This document shows positions 29,112 through 32,000 of a DNA stretch of 32,000 nucleotides, one piece after another. Positions within the stretch are counted from its first letter, which is position 1, and each line of letters opens with the position of its first letter. Made by a program: the position numbers and the translations under genes. Below the pieces are notes generated by a model that made no database searches, was not told the DNA's origin, and was given only the letters and a program-made list of their open reading frames with translations. Origin of the DNA: Synechocystis sp. PCC 6803 substr. PCC-P (lineage in GTDB: Bacteria > Cyanobacteriota > Cyanobacteriia > Cyanobacteriales > Microcystaceae). The DNA is taken from NCBI RefSeq assembly GCF_000284455.1, contig NC_017039.1, positions 1,350,001 through 1,382,000 on the forward strand, written 5' to 3'.

Positions 29112-29819
29112 TTATTTGAACTGAGGACAGGTTTTACCGACGGAATCACATTGATAAATATAAGGCTTTTGCCAATGAAGTGGAATTTCCAGCAAATCCC
29201 TTGCCCCAGTTATGCCCTGACCAATAAAGAGCAATAAAGCGAAACTATTAATAATAATGTGGGCATTACGCCAACGATTTCGACGATCTTGATAAATATC
29301 TTGAATCGTAGCCACTGAAAAAATCATTAACAGCGCGGCTAAAATTCCATAATAAAAATGGGAGACAAGCCATTCATGGTCTCGACGATAAATTTCGGGC
29401 TGACAACCTAAGAGCACTAGTCCCATTCCCGTTAAGGTGGCAAAGATCCCCCGCCAAATTCTTGTTTTAGCTTGAAAAAGAAAGATGAAAGAAGTAATAC
29501 TTAAAATGAACAGCGCAATGATAAATAAAACCCGAAAAGGCTCTTCAGAAATTAGATTTTTATTAATAAACTTAGAAAAAATAGGATAGGCTAACCCTAG
29601 AAAAGTAACGCCCACCACCGCCATACTAAGATATCTTCCGATCGCCACGTGTTCGGTGCCAACGATGGGAGGAATTTTACTTTTCTCGCCCACCTTCATC
29701 GCCAAACGCCGTTCCCGGGTGAGTAAAGCACGGTTAAGCACAATGCCCAACAGAGGGAAAACCACAACCACGGCGATCGCCGGATGTAACAAAGCCCAGG
29801 TATCTTGAAAATCCATCAT
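29112..29819 (-). CDS. DUF4079-type membrane protein
   Basis: 235 aa, about four hydrophobic segments (FLGLAYPIFSKFI, LLFIGQGITGARDLLEIPLHW); family assignment from memory. Confidence 0.7.
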   Translation of the reverse strand: MMDFQDTWALLHPAIAVVVVFPLLGIVLNRALLTRERRLAMKVGEKSKIPPIVGTEHVAIGRYLSMAVVGVTFLGLAYPIFSKFINKNLISEEPFRVLFIIALFILSITSFIFLFQAKTRIWRGIFATLTGMGLVLLGCQPEIYRRDHEWLVSHFYYGILAALLMIFSVATIQDIYQDRRNRWRNAHIIINSFALLLFIGQGITGARDLLEIPLHWQKPYIYQCDSVGKTCPQFK

Positions 29820-29909
29820 AAAAATTAATCCCCGAGTTTATTAAACAATTTTTAAATAATTTAAGACTAAATATTTAAATTCTCTTTTTCCAGCAGAAAA
29901 AGGGATATT

Positions 29910-30917
29910 TTAAGAAGATTTTAGCCAAGAACCTGCAAATTTTTTAACAAATGTCAGAAGCCGTTGACGACGTGGAACAACCTCAACATCTTCGATAATG
30001 GGGGGAGTGCCTTGCATTGCCAAAATTTCATAGGCTTGCAGAGTAGTTTCTTTTTCTTTGAGGATGATTTGATTGCCGACCCTTGCCTGGTTCTTAATTA
30101 CCTGATAAACATCTTGGGAAACTAATAGTTGTGTTCCTTTTAGTTTGTTTGCTGATTCGAGAAGATTGACAATGGCGGCCACCTCACCTAGGGGCGTTAA
30201 TAGGGTAGATTGCGCCGCCACCAATGGAACAAAAACAACACTTCCAGAATGAATCCCCATACTTAAATTCAAGGGGCGATAGCGCATTTGATTTAATAAG
30301 GTATTTAATTCTTGAACTGATTTAAACATTTCCAAGGCTGCCCAAGTTGCCCTTTCTGCAGCAGAAACATCAAACTCCTTGAGACCAAAAGCAACCAACA
30401 TTTTTCGTCCCATGACGTTGGAAATTGTCCCTCCATATTTTTCAATAATTTTTTGCATTTGACTGAAATAGCGTCCCATAACATAGACAATATCGTAGGG
30501 AAAATTAACTTCATCAAAATTAGTTGCCCCACGAATATTAGCCATTAATAGGGCAACATTGCGCTCGGTATTGATTGCCCCCGTAGTTAATTGATGATCA
30601 ATTAAATCTATATCGCCCTCATCCAACACTAAACGACGGATAGTTGCTGAATTTGATAGTTTTGTTTGACACGCTAGACGGACGTGAAAGGGAAAATCTA
30701 ATTTTTTAGCAAGGGCTTGTTCGATACTGGTAGGAGGACTACAATTTTTTATACCATCTAGAACCATAATGCGGCAGGTTGAGCAATTGGCTTTCCCGCC
30801 GCACACACTTATGTGGGCAATATCACCCTTTAAAAGGGCATCCAAAATAGTCTCGTTTGAGTCAATTTCCAGTAATCGATTGTCGGGCAAACAGATAAGA
30901 GTCGGCACTTTATTCAC
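29910..30917 (-). CDS. 2Fe-2S ferredoxin domain fused to a class III adenylate/guanylate cyclase-like domain
   Basis: 335 aa; VCGGKANCSTCRIMVL...RLACQTKL cluster motif; cyclase fold from VALLMANIRGATNFDE to ETTLQAYEIL. Confidence 0.85.
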   Translation of the reverse strand: MNKVPTLICLPDNRLLEIDSNETILDALLKGDIAHISVCGGKANCSTCRIMVLDGIKNCSPPTSIEQALAKKLDFPFHVRLACQTKLSNSATIRRLVLDEGDIDLIDHQLTTGAINTERNVALLMANIRGATNFDEVNFPYDIVYVMGRYFSQMQKIIEKYGGTISNVMGRKMLVAFGLKEFDVSAAERATWAALEMFKSVQELNTLLNQMRYRPLNLSMGIHSGSVVFVPLVAAQSTLLTPLGEVAAIVNLLESANKLKGTQLLVSQDVYQVIKNQARVGNQIILKEKETTLQAYEILAMQGTPPIIEDVEVVPRRQRLLTFVKKFAGSWLKSS

Positions 30918-31112
30918 GTTTAAATCTCTTAAATTTCCAGCAAGTCAGTGCTTTTTAATTACTTAAGTTAACTTATTAATCGCGTTTTGCTAATCAATCA
31001 GTTAGGTTAATTAATAGGCATTGCAGATCGAAGAAATAAAAACAAAATTGGTTATAAGTTTTGCTGGTTATATCCTAATTTTGCAACGCCTAAGATTAAA
31101 TTATTACTAATC

Positions 31113-31595
31113 TTAACCTTGCTCTTTCAAGCGAACCATTGCCGAACCAATGGGAATATCTCCATCGACACCCTCTAGCTTAGTGGTGACACGATAAAGA
31201 ACCCGTCCCCCCATTCGTGACATATCAATCCCCGATAATTGCAGTCTTACATAAGTATTAGCCTCAACCGGTTGGTTAAAGTCGATGGTTACTCCCCCAG
31301 GGGACACTTTTGTAGTGGTGGGAATTTCCTTGCCATTAGGATCAAAAGCTTTGACATCAATGGAACGCCCCATGTCAATGGGTAAACTAATGGTGGCCGA
31401 TTCTAAGGAAAATCCGGTAACGGCTAGGGTGATGTAGTGCATATTGCCGGCGGCTCCCACAAAACCAGAATCCGTGACAAAGGGAGTGGTAAAACGCATT
31501 ACCATTTGGGCTTGGGCTGGGAAATTAGCCAAGGGCAACAGAGCTACAGAAATAGCTAAAGCAGACAAAGAACTAACAAGGGGACGAATATTCAT
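31113..31595 (-). CDS. Secreted DUF2808-type protein
   Basis: 160 aa; signal peptide LSALAISVALLPLANFPAQAQ; body MRFTTPFVTDSGFVGAAGNMHYITLAVTGFSLESATISLP. Confidence 0.75.
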   Translation of the reverse strand: MNIRPLVSSLSALAISVALLPLANFPAQAQMVMRFTTPFVTDSGFVGAAGNMHYITLAVTGFSLESATISLPIDMGRSIDVKAFDPNGKEIPTTTKVSPGGVTIDFNQPVEANTYVRLQLSGIDMSRMGGRVLYRVTTKLEGVDGDIPIGSAMVRLKEQG

Positions 31596-31629
31596 AGCGT
31601 TAAATTCCTTAAATTAGGAAAAAAATTAG

Positions 31630-32000
31630 TCAATTGCCAACAAAAAGAGACAGTAAAATGGCAATGGCATCCTCAGGTTCGTAGCGAACACGAAAGTCCA
31701 CATTGGCGTAAGCTAGGGCGATATGGCCGCGGCGATCAATTACAAATGTGGCCGGCACGGGTAATAACCATTCTTCGGTGCCATTGTGCTCAGGAATAAC
31801 ACAGCCTGATTGTAAATAAATTTGCTTAACAGCATCGGGAACGGTAAAAACTAATCCATAATCCTGAGCTGTTTGAAAACCACTGTCGCTGAGGAGATCG
31901 TAAGTCAAATCATGACGATCAATGGTTTTTTGAGAAGCAACTAGAGTTTGGGGAGAAATAGCCAGAATTGTCCCTCCCAATGCCCTAATTTTATTAACAA
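31630..32000 (-). CDS. Peroxiredoxin/AhpC-TSA-like protein (C-terminal part, gene continues past window end)
   Basis: The track start at 31980 is a TTG; the frame stays open to the window edge and reads ...VNKIRALGGTILAISPQTLVASQKTI...LPVPATFVIDRRGHIALAYANVDFRVR. Confidence 0.8.
   Translation of the reverse strand, partial: VNKIRALGGTILAISPQTLVASQKTIDRHDLTYDLLSDSGFQTAQDYGLVFTVPDAVKQIYLQSGCVIPEHNGTEEWLLPVPATFVIDRRGHIALAYANVDFRVRYEPEDAIAILLSLFVGN

Noticed and set aside
31630-31980. Complete 116-aa gene as given in the ORF track
   Set aside because: The track start is a TTG inside a frame that remains open to the window edge, and the sequence is only the C-terminal half of a peroxiredoxin-like fold.

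Overview
This 32 kb window looks like a Synechocystis sp. (PCC 6803-like) chromosomal segment. The identification rests on recalled protein sequences and abundant HIP1 (GCGATCGC) palindromes. It carries about 25 supportable protein genes, including partial dnaA, a DUF202 protein, purT, a DUF1232 protein, a GHMP sugar kinase, a TldD-type protease, mnmA, a secreted phospholipase-like protein, a neopullulanase-like amylase, an ABC-F ATPase, an EgtD-like methyltransferase, pyrF, a TPR protein, mutS, an EamA transporter, a cupin, a DUF4079 protein, a 2Fe-2S/cyclase-fold fusion, a DUF2808 protein and a partial peroxiredoxin-like gene. Two parts look like accessory biology. (1) 15.37-19.76 kb holds a truncated protein-kinase fragment, an HNH endonuclease divergent from a bacterial dynamin (SynDLP; C8 and C777 are conserved), then three consecutive paralogous KGK-type small proteins. 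(2) 24.38-27.57 kb holds a single AT-rich, HIP1-free 1064-aa gene encoding a helical N-terminus, a beta-rich domain, a STAND-like P-loop ATPase and a C-terminal phosphoribosyltransferase-like domain. This second gene is the best candidate for an under-described conflict/defence gene. Other observations are an unlisted 35-aa single-TM ORF, a ferredoxin-fused cyclase domain that has lost its catalytic residues, a 17-bp perfect dyad in a divergent intergenic region, and helically phased direct repeats upstream of the amylase gene. No rRNA, CRISPR array or transposase was recognised. No database or structure searches were run.
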